This document shows positions 43,701 through 55,900 of a stretch of 64,000 nt of DNA, piece by piece. The notes beneath the pieces were generated by a model. That model was not told where the DNA came from and did no database searches. It saw only the letters and a program-made list of their open reading frames with translations. The position numbers and the translations under genes were made by a program. This stretch comes from the human T2T-CHM13v2.0 reference genome, Homo sapiens, in the NCBI RefSeq assembly GCF_009914755.1, contig NC_060945.1. One strand, 5' to 3'. Within the stretch, counting starts at the first letter, position 1; each line of letters starts with the position of its first letter.

Positions 43701-46700
43701 GAATTGAATCAACCTGAGAGGAAAGGAATGGAATGGAATGGAGAGGAATGGAATGTAATGGATTGGAATGCAATGGAATGGAATCAACACGAATGGAATG
43801 GAACGGAATGGAATGGGATGGGATGGAATGGAATGGAGTGGAAGTTAATCAACACGAATGGAATGGAACGGAATGGAATGGAATGGAATGGAATGGAATG
43901 GAATGAAAGGGAAAGGAACAGAATGGAATCAACAGGAGTGGAATGGAATGGAACAGAATGGAATCAACCCGAGTGGAATGAAATGGAATGTAATGCAATG
44001 AGATGGAGTGGAATCAACCCGAGTGGAATGGAATCGAATGGATTGGAATGGAATGGAATGGAATGAAATGGAATGGATCGGAATGGAATCCAATGGAATC
44101 ACCTGGAATGGAATGGAATGGAATGGAATGGAATGGAATGGAATGGAATGGAATGGAATAAATCCGGGTGGAGTGGAATGGAATGTAATGGAGTGCAATG
44201 TTACGGAATTTAGTGGAATGGAATGGAATGGAATGGAATGGAATGGAATGGAATGGAATGGAATCTAATGGAATGAAATGGATTGGATCGGAATGGAATC
44301 CAATGGAATCAACTGGAATGGAATGGAATGGAATAAATCCGGTTGGAGTGGAATGGAATGTAATGGAGTGGAATGGAATGGAATTTAGTGTAATGGAATG
44401 GAATGGAATGGAATGGAATGGAATGGAATGGAATGGAATGGAATGAAATGGAATGGAATCAACCCGAATGGAATGGAACGGAATGGAATGGAAAGGAATG
44501 GAATGGAATGGAATGGAATGGAATAGAATGGAATGGAATGGAATGGAATGGAATCAACCCAAGTGCAATGGAATGCAATAGAATGCAATGGAATCCACCC
44601 GAGTGGAATGGAATGGAATGGAATGGAATATAATGCAATGGAATAGAATGGAATGGAATGGAATGGAATGGAATGGAGTGGAATGGAACTGAATGGAGTG
44701 GAATGGAATAAACACCAGGAGAATGAAATGGATTGGAATGAAATGGAATGGAATGGAATGGAATGGAATGAAATCAACCCGAGTGGAATGGAACGGAATG
44801 GAATGGAATGGAAAGGAATGAATGGAAGGGAATGGTTTGGAAACAACACGAGAGGAATGGAATGGAATGGAATGGAAAGGAACAGAATGGAAAGGAATGG
44901 AATGGAATGAACCCGAATGGAATGGAATGGATTGGAATGGAATGGAATGGAATCGACCCGAGCATAAAGGAATGGAACGGAATGGAGTGGAATGGAATGG
45001 AATGGAATGGAATGGAATGGAATGGAATGGAATGGAATCAACACGAATGGAATGGAGCGGAATGAAATGGGATGGGATGGAATGGAATGGAATGGAATGG
45101 AATGGAATGGAATGGAATCAACATGAATGGAATGGAACGTAATGGAATGGAATGGAATGGAAAATAATGGAATGGAATGAACCCGAATGGAATGGAATGG
45201 ATTGGAATGGAATGGAATGGAATGGAATCAACCCGAGCGGAAAGGAATGGAATGGCATGGAGTGGAATGGAATGTAATGTAATGGAATGGAATGGAATGG
45301 AATCAACACGAATGGAATGGAACGGAATGGAATGGGATGGGATGTAATGGAATGGAATGGAAGTTAATCAACACGAATGGAATGCAACGGAATGGAATGG
45401 AATGGAATGGAGTGGAATGAACCCGAATGGAATGGAATGGATTGGAATGGAATGGAATTGAATCAACCCTAATGGAAAGGAATGGAATGGAATGGAGTGG
45501 AATGTAATGTAATGTAATGTAATGGAATGGAATGGAATGGAATCAACACGAATGGAATGGAACGGAATGGAATGGGATGGGATGGAATGGAATGGAATGG
45601 AAGTTAATCAACATGAATGGAATGGAATGTAATGGAATGGAACGGAACGGAATGGAATGGAATGGAATGGAATGGAATGAAATGGAAAGGAACGGAATGG
45701 AATCAACATGAGTGGAATGGAATGGATAGGAATGGAATCAACCCGAGTGGAATGAAATGGAATGTAATGCAATGGGATGGAGTGGAATCAACCCGAGTGG
45801 AATGGAATGGAATGGAATGGAACGAAATGGAATGGATCGGAATGTAATCCAATGGAATCAACTGGAATGGAATGGAATGGAATGGAATGGAATAAACCCG
45901 GGTGGAGTGGAATGGAATGTAACGGAGTGGAATGTAATGGAATTTAGTGGAATGGAATGGAATGGAATGGAATGAAATGGATTGGATCGGAATGGAATCC
46001 AATGGAATCAACTGGAATGGAATGGAATGGAATGGAATAAATCCGGGTGGAGTGGAATGGAATGTAATGGAGTGGAATGGAATGGATTTTACTGGAATGG
46101 AATGGAATGGAATGGAATGCAATGGAATGGAATGGAATGGAATGGAATGGAATGGAATGGAATGGAATCAACCCGAATGGAATGGAACGGAAAGGAATGG
46201 AAAGGAATGGAATGGAATGGAATGGAATGGAATGGAATGGAATGGTATAAATCCAGGTGGAGTTGACTGTAATGTAATGCCGTGGAATGGAATGGAATTC
46301 AGTGGAATGGAATGGATTGGAATGGATTGGAATGTAATGTAATGGAATGGAATGGAATGGAATGGAATGGAATGGAATGAAAGGGATAGGATCGGAATGG
46401 AATCCAATGGAATCAACTGGAATGGAATGGAATTGAATAAATCCGGGTGGAGTGGAATGGAATGTAGTGGAGTGGAATGGAATGGAATTTAGTGGAATGG
46501 AATGGAAAGGAATGGAATGGAATGGAATGGAATGGAATGGAATGGAATGGAATGGAATCAGCCCGAATGGGATGGCATGGAATGGAATTCAATGGAATGG
46601 AATGGAATGGAATCAACCCAAGTGCAATGGAATGGAATGGAATGCAATGGAATCCACCCAAGTGGAATGGAATGGAATGGAATGGAACGGAATGGAATGG

Positions 46701-47447
46701 AATGGAGTGGAATGGGACGGAATGGAGTGGAATTGAATAAACACAAGGGGAATGAAATGGATTGGAAAGAAATGGAATGGAATGGAATGGAATGAAATCA
46801 ACCCGAGTGGAATGTAACGGAATGGAATGGAATGGAAAGGAATGAATGTAATGGAATGGGGTGGAATCAACACGAGAGGAATGGAATGGAATGGAACGGA
46901 ATGGAATGGAATAAATCCGGGTGGAGTGCAATGGAATGTAATGGAGTGGAATGGAAAGGAATTTAGTGGAATGGAATGGAATGGAATGGAATGGAATGGA
47001 ACGGAATCAACCTGAATGGGTTGGCATGGAATGGAATGGAATGGAGTGGAATGTAATGTAATGTAATGGAATGGAATGGAATGGAATCAACACGAATGGA
47101 ATGGAACGGAATGGAATGGGATGGGATGGAATGGAATGTAATGGAAGTTAATCAAGACGAATGGAATGCAACGGAATGGAATGGAACGGAATGGAATGGA
47201 ATGGAATGAACCCGAATGGAATGGAATGGATTGGAATGGAATGGAATGGAATCAACCCGAGCGGAAAGGAATGGAATGGAATGGAGTGGAATGTAATGTA
47301 ATGGAATAGAATTGAATGGAATGGAATCAACAGGAATGGTATGGAACGGAATGGAATGGGATGAGATGGAATGGATGTTAATCAACACGAATGGAATGGA
47401 ACGGAATGGAATGGAATGGAATGGAATGGAATGGAATGGAATGGAAT
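25800..47447 (+). repeat. Copy B of the ~21.6-kb tandem duplication
   Basis: Colinear with 4212-25799. The offset is 21593 at the start (GGAAA at 4242 vs 25835) and 21603 at the end. Similarity to copy A ends in the pure GGAAT run at 47403-47447. Confidence 0.95.
28191..28260 (+). repeat. 35-bp tandem duplication private to copy B
   Basis: ATTAACCCGAGCGGAAAGGAATGGAATGGAATGGA at 28196 and 28231. The paralogous site in copy A (~6643) has a single copy. Confidence 0.85.
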
Positions 47448-50400
47448 GAAATGGAATGGATCGGAATGGAATACAATGGAATCAACTGGAATGTAATGTA
47501 ATGGAATGGAATGGAAAGGAATAAATCCGGGTGGAGTGGAATGGAATGTAACGGAGTGGAATGTAAAGGAATTTAGAGGAATGGAATGGAATGGAATGGA
47601 ATGGAATGAAATGGGTTGGATAGGAATGGAATTCAATGGAATCAACTGGAATAGAATGGAATGGAATAGAATGGAATAAATCCGGGTGGAGTGGAATGGA
47701 ATGTAATGGAGTGGAATGGAATGGAATTTAGTGGAATGGAAAGTAATGTACTGGAATATAATGGAATGGAATGGAATCAACCCGAGTGGAAAGGAACGGA
47801 ATGGAATGGAAAGGAATGGAATGGAATGGAATGGAATGGAATGGAATGGAATGGAATCAACCCGAATGGAATGGAACGGAAAGGAATGGAAAGGAATGGA
47901 ATGGAATGGAATGGAATGGAATGGAATGGAATGGAAAGGAATGGAATGGAATGGAATGCAATCAACCCGAATGGGATGGCATGGAATGGAACTGAATGGA
48001 ATAGAATGGAATGGAATGGAATGGAATGGAATGGAATCAACCCAAGTGCAATGGAATGGAATGGAATGCAATGGAATCCACCTGAGTGGAATGGAATGGA
48101 ATGGAATGGAATGGAATGGAATGGAGTGGAATGGAACGGAATGGAGTGGAATGCAAGAAACACCAGGGGAATAAAATGGATTGGAATGAAATGGAATGGA
48201 ATGGAATGGAATGGAATAAAATCAACCCAAGTGGAATGGAACGGAATGGAATGGAATGGAAAGGAATGAATGGTATGGAATGGTGTGGAATCAACACGAG
48301 AGGAATGGAATGGAATGGAATGGAACGGAACGGAATGGAAAGGAATGGAATGGAATGAACCCTAATGGATTGGAATGGATTGGAATGGAATGGAATGGAA
48401 TCAACCCGAGCGGAAAGGAATGGAATGGAATGGAGTGGAATGTAATGGAATGGAATGGAATGGAATGGAATGGAATCAACACAAATGGAATGGTACGGAA
48501 TGGAATGGGATGGGATGGAATGGTATGGAATGGAAGTTAATCAACAAGAATGGAATGGAACGGAATGGAATGGAATGGAATGGAAACGAATGCAATGCAA
48601 TGGAATGCAATGGAATGGAATGGAATGGAATGGAATGAAATGGAATGGAATGGAATGGAATCAAAACGAATGGAATGGACTGCAATTGAATGGAATAAAT
48701 CTGGGTGCATTGGAATGGAATGTAACGGAGTGGAATGTAATGGAATTCAGTGGAATGGCATGGAATGGAATGGAATGGAATGGAATGGAATGGATTGGAT
48801 CGGATTGGAATCCAATGGAAGCAACTGGAATGGAATGGAATGGAATGGAATGGTATAAATCCGGGTGGAGTAGACTGTAATGTAATGGAGTGGAATGGAG
48901 TGGAATTCAGTGGAATGGAATAGATTGGAATGGATTGGAATATAATGGAATGGAATGGAATGGAATGGAATGCAATGAAAGGGATTGGATCGGAATGGAA
49001 TCCAATGGAATCAACTGGAATGGAATGGAATGGAATACATCCGGGTGGAGTGGAATGGAATGTAATGGAGTGGAATGGAATGGAATTTAGTGGAATGGAA
49101 TGGAATGGAATGGAATGGAATGGAACGGAATGGAATGGAATGGAATCAACCCGAGTGGAATGGAATGGATTGGAATGGAAAGGAATGGAATTGAATGGAA
49201 TGCAATGGAATGGAATCAACCCGAATGGGATGGCATGGAATGGAAAGGAATGGAATGGAATGGAATGGAATGGAATGGAATCAAAACGAATGGAATGGAA
49301 CGGAATGGAATGGGATGGGATGGAATGGAATGGAATGGAAGTAAATCAACACTAATGGAATGGAACGGAATGGAATGGAATGGAATGGAATGAACCCGAA
49401 TAGAATGGAATGGATTCGAATGGAATGGAATTGAATCAACCCGAGCGGAAAGGAATGGAATGGAATGTAGTGGAATGGAATGTAATGGAATGGAATGGAA
49501 CGGAATGGAATCAACACGAGTGGAATGGAATGGAACGGAATGGAATCAACCCGAGTGGAATGAAATGGAACGTAATGCAATGGGATGGAGTGGAATCAAC
49601 CTGAGTGGAATGGAATGGAATGGCATGGAATGGAACGGAATGAAAGGGAATGAAATGGAATGGATCGGAATAGAATCCAATGGAATCACCTGGAATGGAA
49701 TGGAATGGAATGGAATGGAATGGACTCGAATGCAATGGAATGGAATAAATCCGGGTGGAGTGGAAAGGAATATAATGGAGTGGAATGTAATGGAATTTAG
49801 AGGAATGGAATGGAATGGAATGGAATGGAATGGAAAGTAATGGAATGAAATTGATTGGATAGGAATGGAATCCAATGGAATCAACTGGAATGGAATCAAT
49901 GGAATGGAATGGAATAAATCCGGGTGGAGTGGAATGGAATGTAATGGAGTGGAATGGAATGGAATTTAGTGGAATGGAATGGAATGGAATGGAATGGAAT
50001 GAAATGGAATGGAATCATCCCGAGTGGAATGGAATGGAATGGAATGGAAAGGAATGGAATGGAATGGAATGGAATGGAATGGAATGGAATCAACCCCAGT
50101 GGAATGGAACAGAATGGAATGGAAATGAATAGAATGGAATTGAATTGAATGGAATGGAATGGAATCAACCCGAATGGGATGGCATGGAATGGAATGGAAT
50201 GGAATGGAATGGATTGGAAAGGAATGGAATGTAGTCAACCCAAGTGCAATGGAATGGAATGGAATGCAATGGAATCCACACGAGTGGAATGGAATGGAAT
50301 AGAATGGAATGGAATGGAATGGAATGGAATGGAATGGAATAAATCCGGGTGGAGTGGAATGAAATGTAATGGAGTGGAATGGAATGGAATTTAGGGGAAT

Positions 50401-50779
50401 GGAACAGAATGGAATGGAATGGAATGGAATGGAATGGAATGGAATGGATTGGAATGAAATGGATTGGATCGGAATGGAATCCAATGGAATCAACTGGAAT
50501 GGAATGGAATGGAATGGAATGCAATAAATCCGGGTGGAGTGGAATGGAATGTAATGGAGTGGAATGGAATGGAATTTAGTGGAATAGAATGGAATGGAAT
50601 GGAAAGAAATGGATTGGATCGGAATGGAAGCCAATGGAATCAACTGGAATGGAATGGAATGGAATGGAATGGAATGGAATGGAATGGAATGGAATAAATC
50701 CGGGTGGAGTGGAATGGAAAGTAATGGAGTGGAATGTAATGGAATTTAGTGGAATGGAATTGAATGGAATGGAATGGAA

Positions 50780-53700
50780 TGGAATGGAATCAAACCGAAT
50801 GGATTGGAACGGAATGGAATGGAATGGAATGGAATGGAATCAACACGAATGGGATGGCATGGAATGGAATTGAGTGAAATGGAATGGAATGGAATGGAAT
50901 GGAATGGAATGGAATGGAATGGAATGGAATCAACCCGAATGGGATGGAATGTAATGGAATGGAATGGAATGGTATGGAATGGAATGGAATCATCCCAAGT
51001 GCAATGGAATGGAATGGAATGCAATGGAGCCACCCGAGTGGAATGGAATGGAATGGAGTAGAATGGAACGGAATGGAGTGGAATGGAATAAACACCAGGG
51101 GAATGAAATGGATTGGAATGAAATGGAATGGAATGGAATGAAATCAACCTGAGTGGAATGGAACGGAATGGAATGGAATGGAAAGGAATGAATGGAAGGG
51201 AATGGTGTGGAATCAACACGAGAGGAATGGAATGGAATGGAATGGAACGGAACGGAATGGAAAGGAATGGAATGGAATGAACCCGAATGGAATGGAATGG
51301 ATTGGAATGGAATGGAATTGAATCACCCCGAGCGGAAAGGAATGGAATGGAATGGAGTGGAATGGAATGAAATGGAAAGGAACAGAATGGAATCAACACG
51401 AGTGGAATGGAATGGAACGGAATGGAAACAACCCGAGTGGAATGAAATGGAATATAATTCAAAGGGATGGACTGGAATCAACCCGAGTGGAATGGAATGG
51501 AATGGAATGGAATGAAATGGAATGGATCGGAATGGAATCCAATGGAATCAACTGGAATGGAATGGAATGGAATGGAATGGAATGGAATAAATCCGGGTGG
51601 AGTGGAATGGAATGCAATGGAGTGGAATGTAATGGAAATTAGTGGAATGGAATGGAATGGAATGGAATGGAATGGAAAGAAATGGATTGGATAGGAATGG
51701 AACCCAATGGAATCAACTGGAATTGAATGGAATGGAGTAAATCCGGGTGGAGTGGAATGGAATGTAATGCAATGGAATGGAATGGAATTTAGTGGAATGG
51801 AATGGAATGGAATGGAAAGGAATGGAATGGAATGGATTGGAATCAACCCGAGTGGAGTGGAACGGAATGCAATGGAAAGGAAAGGAATGGAATGGAATGG
51901 AATGGAATGGAATGGAATGGAATGGAATCAACCCGAATGGGATGGAATGTAATGGAATGGAATGGAATGGAATGGAATGGAATGGAATGGTATGCAATGG
52001 AATGGAATCATCCCAAGTGCAATGGAATGGAATGGAATGCAATGGAGCCACCCGAGTGGAATGGAATGGAATGGAATGGAATGGAATGGAATGGAATGGA
52101 CTGGAATGGAACGGAATGGAGTGGAATGGAATAAACACCAGGGGAATGAAATGGATTGGAATGAAATGGAATGGAATGGAATGGAATGGAATGAAATCAA
52201 CCCGAGTGGAATGGAAGGGAATGGAATAGAATGGAAAGGAATGAATGGAAGGGAATGGTGTGGAATCAACACGAGAGGAATGGAATGGAATGGAATGGAA
52301 CAGAAAGGAATGGAAAGGAATGGAATGCAATGAACCCGAATGGAATGGAATGGATTGGAATGGAATGGAATTGAATCACCCCGAGCGGAAAGGAATGGAA
52401 TGGCATGGAGTGGAATGGAATGGAATGGAATGTAATGGAATGGAATGGAATGGAATGGAATCAACACGAATGGAATGGACCGGAATGGAATGCGATGGGA
52501 TGGAATGGAATGGAATGGAAGTTAATCAACACGAATGGAATGGAACGGAATGGAATGGAATGGAATGGAATGGAATGAACCCGAATGGAATGGAATGGAT
52601 TGGAATGGAATGGAATGGAATCAACCCGAGCGGAAAGGAATGGAATGGAATGGAGTGGAATGGAATGAAATGGAATGGAATGGAATGGAATGTAAACAAC
52701 ACGAATGGAATGGAATGGAATGGAATGGAATGGAATGGAATGGAATGGGATGGAATGGAATGGAATGCAAGTTAATCAACATGAATGGAATGGAACGGAA
52801 TGGAATGGAATGGAATGGAATGGAAAGGAATGAATGGATGGGAATGGTGTGGAATCAACACGAGAGTAATGGAATCGAATGGAATGGAACGGAACGGAAT
52901 GGAAAGGAATGGAAAGGAATGAACCCGAATGGAATGGAATGGATTGGAATGGAATGGAATTGAATCAACCCGAGCGGAAAGGAATGGAATGGAATGGAGT
53001 GGAATGGAATGGAATGGAATGGAATGGAATGGAATCAACACGAATGGAAAGGAACGGAATGGAATGGGATGGGATAGAATGGAATGGAATGGAAGTTAAT
53101 CAACACGAATGGAATGGAACGGAATGGAATGAAATGGAATGGAATGAAATGGAAAGGAACAGAATGGAATCAACACGAGTGGAATGGAATGGAACGGAAT
53201 GGAATCAACCCGAGTGGAATGAAATGGAATGTAATTCAAAGGGATGGAGTGGAATCAACCCGAGTGGAATGGAATGGAATGGAATGGAATGAAATGGAAT
53301 GGATCGGAATGGAATCCAATGGAATCAACTGGAATGGAATGGAATGGAATGGAATGGAATGGGATAAATCCGGGTGGAGTGGAATGGAATGCAATGGAGT
53401 GGAATGTAATGGAATTTAGTGGAATGGAATGGAATGGAATGGAATGGAATGGAATGGAATGGAATGGAATGAAATGGATTGGATAGGAATGGAACCCAAT
53501 GGAATCAACTGGAATTGAATGGAATGGAATAAATCCGGGTGGAGTGGAATGGAATGTAATGGAGTGGAGTGGAATGGAATTTAGTGGAATGGAATGGAAT
53601 GGAATGGAATGGAATGGAATCAACCCGAGTGGAATGGAACGGAATGCAATGGAAAGGAATGGAATGGGATGGAATGGAATGTAATCAACCCGAATGGGAT

Positions 53701-55900
53701 GGCATGTAACGGAATGGAATGGAATGGAATGGAATGGTATGGAATGGAATGGAATCATCCCAAGTGCAATGGAATGGAAAGGAATGCAATGGAGCCACCC
53801 GAGTGGAATGGAATGGAATGGAGTGGAATGGAATGGAGTGGAATGTAACGGAATGGATTGGAATGGAATAAACACCAGGGGAATGAAATGGATTGGAATG
53901 AAATGGAATGGAATGGAATGGAATGGAATGAAATCAACCCGAGTGGAATGGAACGGAATGGAATGGAATGGAAAGGAATGAATGGAAGGGAATGGTGTGG
54001 AATCAACACGAGAGTAATGGAATGGAATGGAATGGAACGGAACGGAATGGAAAGGAATGGAAAGGAATGAACCCGAATGGAATGCAATGGATTGGAATGG
54101 AATGGAATTGAATCAACCGGAGCGGAAAGGAATGGAATGGAATGGAGTGTAATGTAATGTAATGTAATGTAATGTAATGTAATGTAATGGAATCAACACG
54201 AATGGAATGGAACGGAATGGAATGGGATGGGATGGAATGGAATGGAATGGAAGTTAATCAACACGAATGGAATGGAACGGAATGGAATGGAACGGAATGG
54301 AATGGAATGAACCCGAATGGAATGGAATGGATTGGAATGGAATGGAATGGAATCAACCCGAGCGGAAAGGAATGGAATGAAATGGAGTGGAATGGAATGG
54401 AATGGAATGGAATGGAATGGAAACAACACGAATGGAATGGAACGGAATGGAATGGGATGGGATGGAATGGAATGGAATGCAAGTAAATCAACACGAATGG
54501 AATGGAACAGAATGGAATGGAATGGAATGAAATGCAAAGGAAAGGAATGGAATCCACACGAGTGGAATGGAATGGAACGGAATGGAAACAAACCAGAGTG
54601 GAATGAAATGGAATGTAATGCAATGGGATGGAGTGGAATCAACCCGAGTGGAATAGAATGGAGTGGAACGGAATGAAATGAAATGGATCGGATTGGAATC
54701 CAGTGGAGTCAACTGGAATGGAATGGAATGGAATGTAATCGAATGGAATGGAATGGAGTGGAATGGAATGGAATAAATCCGGGTTGAGTGGAATGGAATG
54801 AAATGGAGTGGAATGTAATGGAATTTAGTGGAATGGAATGGAATGGAATGGAATGGAATGGAATGGAATGGAATCAACCCGAGTGGAATGCAACGGAATG
54901 CAACGGAAAGGAATGGAATGGAATGGAATGGAATGGAATGGAATGGAATGGAATGGATTGGAATGGAACGGAATGCAGTGGAATGGAATAAACACCAGGG
55001 GAATGAAATGGATTGGAATGAAATGGAATGGAATGGAATGGAATGGAATGAAATCAACCCGAGTGGAATGGAACGGAATGGAATGGAATGGAAAGGAATG
55101 AATGGAAGGGAATGGTGTGGAATCAACACGAGAGTAATGGAATGGAAAGGAATGGAACTGAACGGAATGGAAAGGAATGGAAAGGAATGAACCCGAATGG
55201 AATGCAATGGATTGGAATGGAATGGAATTGAATCAACCCGAGCGGAAAGGAATGGAATGGAATGGAGTGGAATGTAATGTAATGTAATGTAATGTAATGT
55301 AATGGAATGGAATGGAATGGAATGGAATCAACACGAATGGAATGGAACGGAATGGAATGGGATGGGATGGAATGGAATGGAATGGAATGGAAGTTAATCA
55401 ACACGAATGGAATGGAACGGAATGGAATGAAATGGAATGGAATGGAATGAACCCGAATGGAATGGAATGGATTGGAATGGAATGGAATGGAATCAACCCG
55501 AGCGGAAAGGAATGGAATGGAATGGAGTGGAACGGAATGGAATGGAATGGAATGCAAGTTAATCAACACGAATGGAATGGAACGGAATGGAATAGAATGG
55601 AATGTAATGGAATGAAATGGAAAGGAACGGAATGGAATCAACACGAGTGGAATGGAATGGAACGGAATGGAATCAACAAGAGTGGAATGAAATGGAATGT
55701 AATGCAATGGGATGGAGTGGAATCAACACGAGTGGAATAGAATGGAATGGAACGGAATGAAATGGAATGGATCGGATTGGAATCCAGTGGAGTCAACTGG
55801 AATGGAATGGAATGGAATGGAATGGAATGGAATGGAAAGGAATGGAATGGAATAAATCCGGGTGGAGTGGAATGGAAAGTAATGGAGTGGAATGGAATGG
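50780..55900 (+). repeat. Local cluster of related ~1.0-1.75-kb monomer duplications
   Basis: CATCCCAAGTGCAAT...GGAGCCACCCGAGT at 50991, ~52009 and 53756. AATTCAAAGGGAT at ~51456 and 53233. GGATAGGAATGGAACCCAAT at ~51689 and 53481. The block 53860-54800 resembles 54980-55900 at an offset of about 1120. Confidence 0.8.
54149..54188 (+). repeat. (GTAAT)8 variant-pentamer microsatellite
   Basis: Eight consecutive GTAAT units. (GTAAT)6 lies at the paralogous site 55274-55303, and (GTAAT)5 at 14633-14657. Confidence 0.9.
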
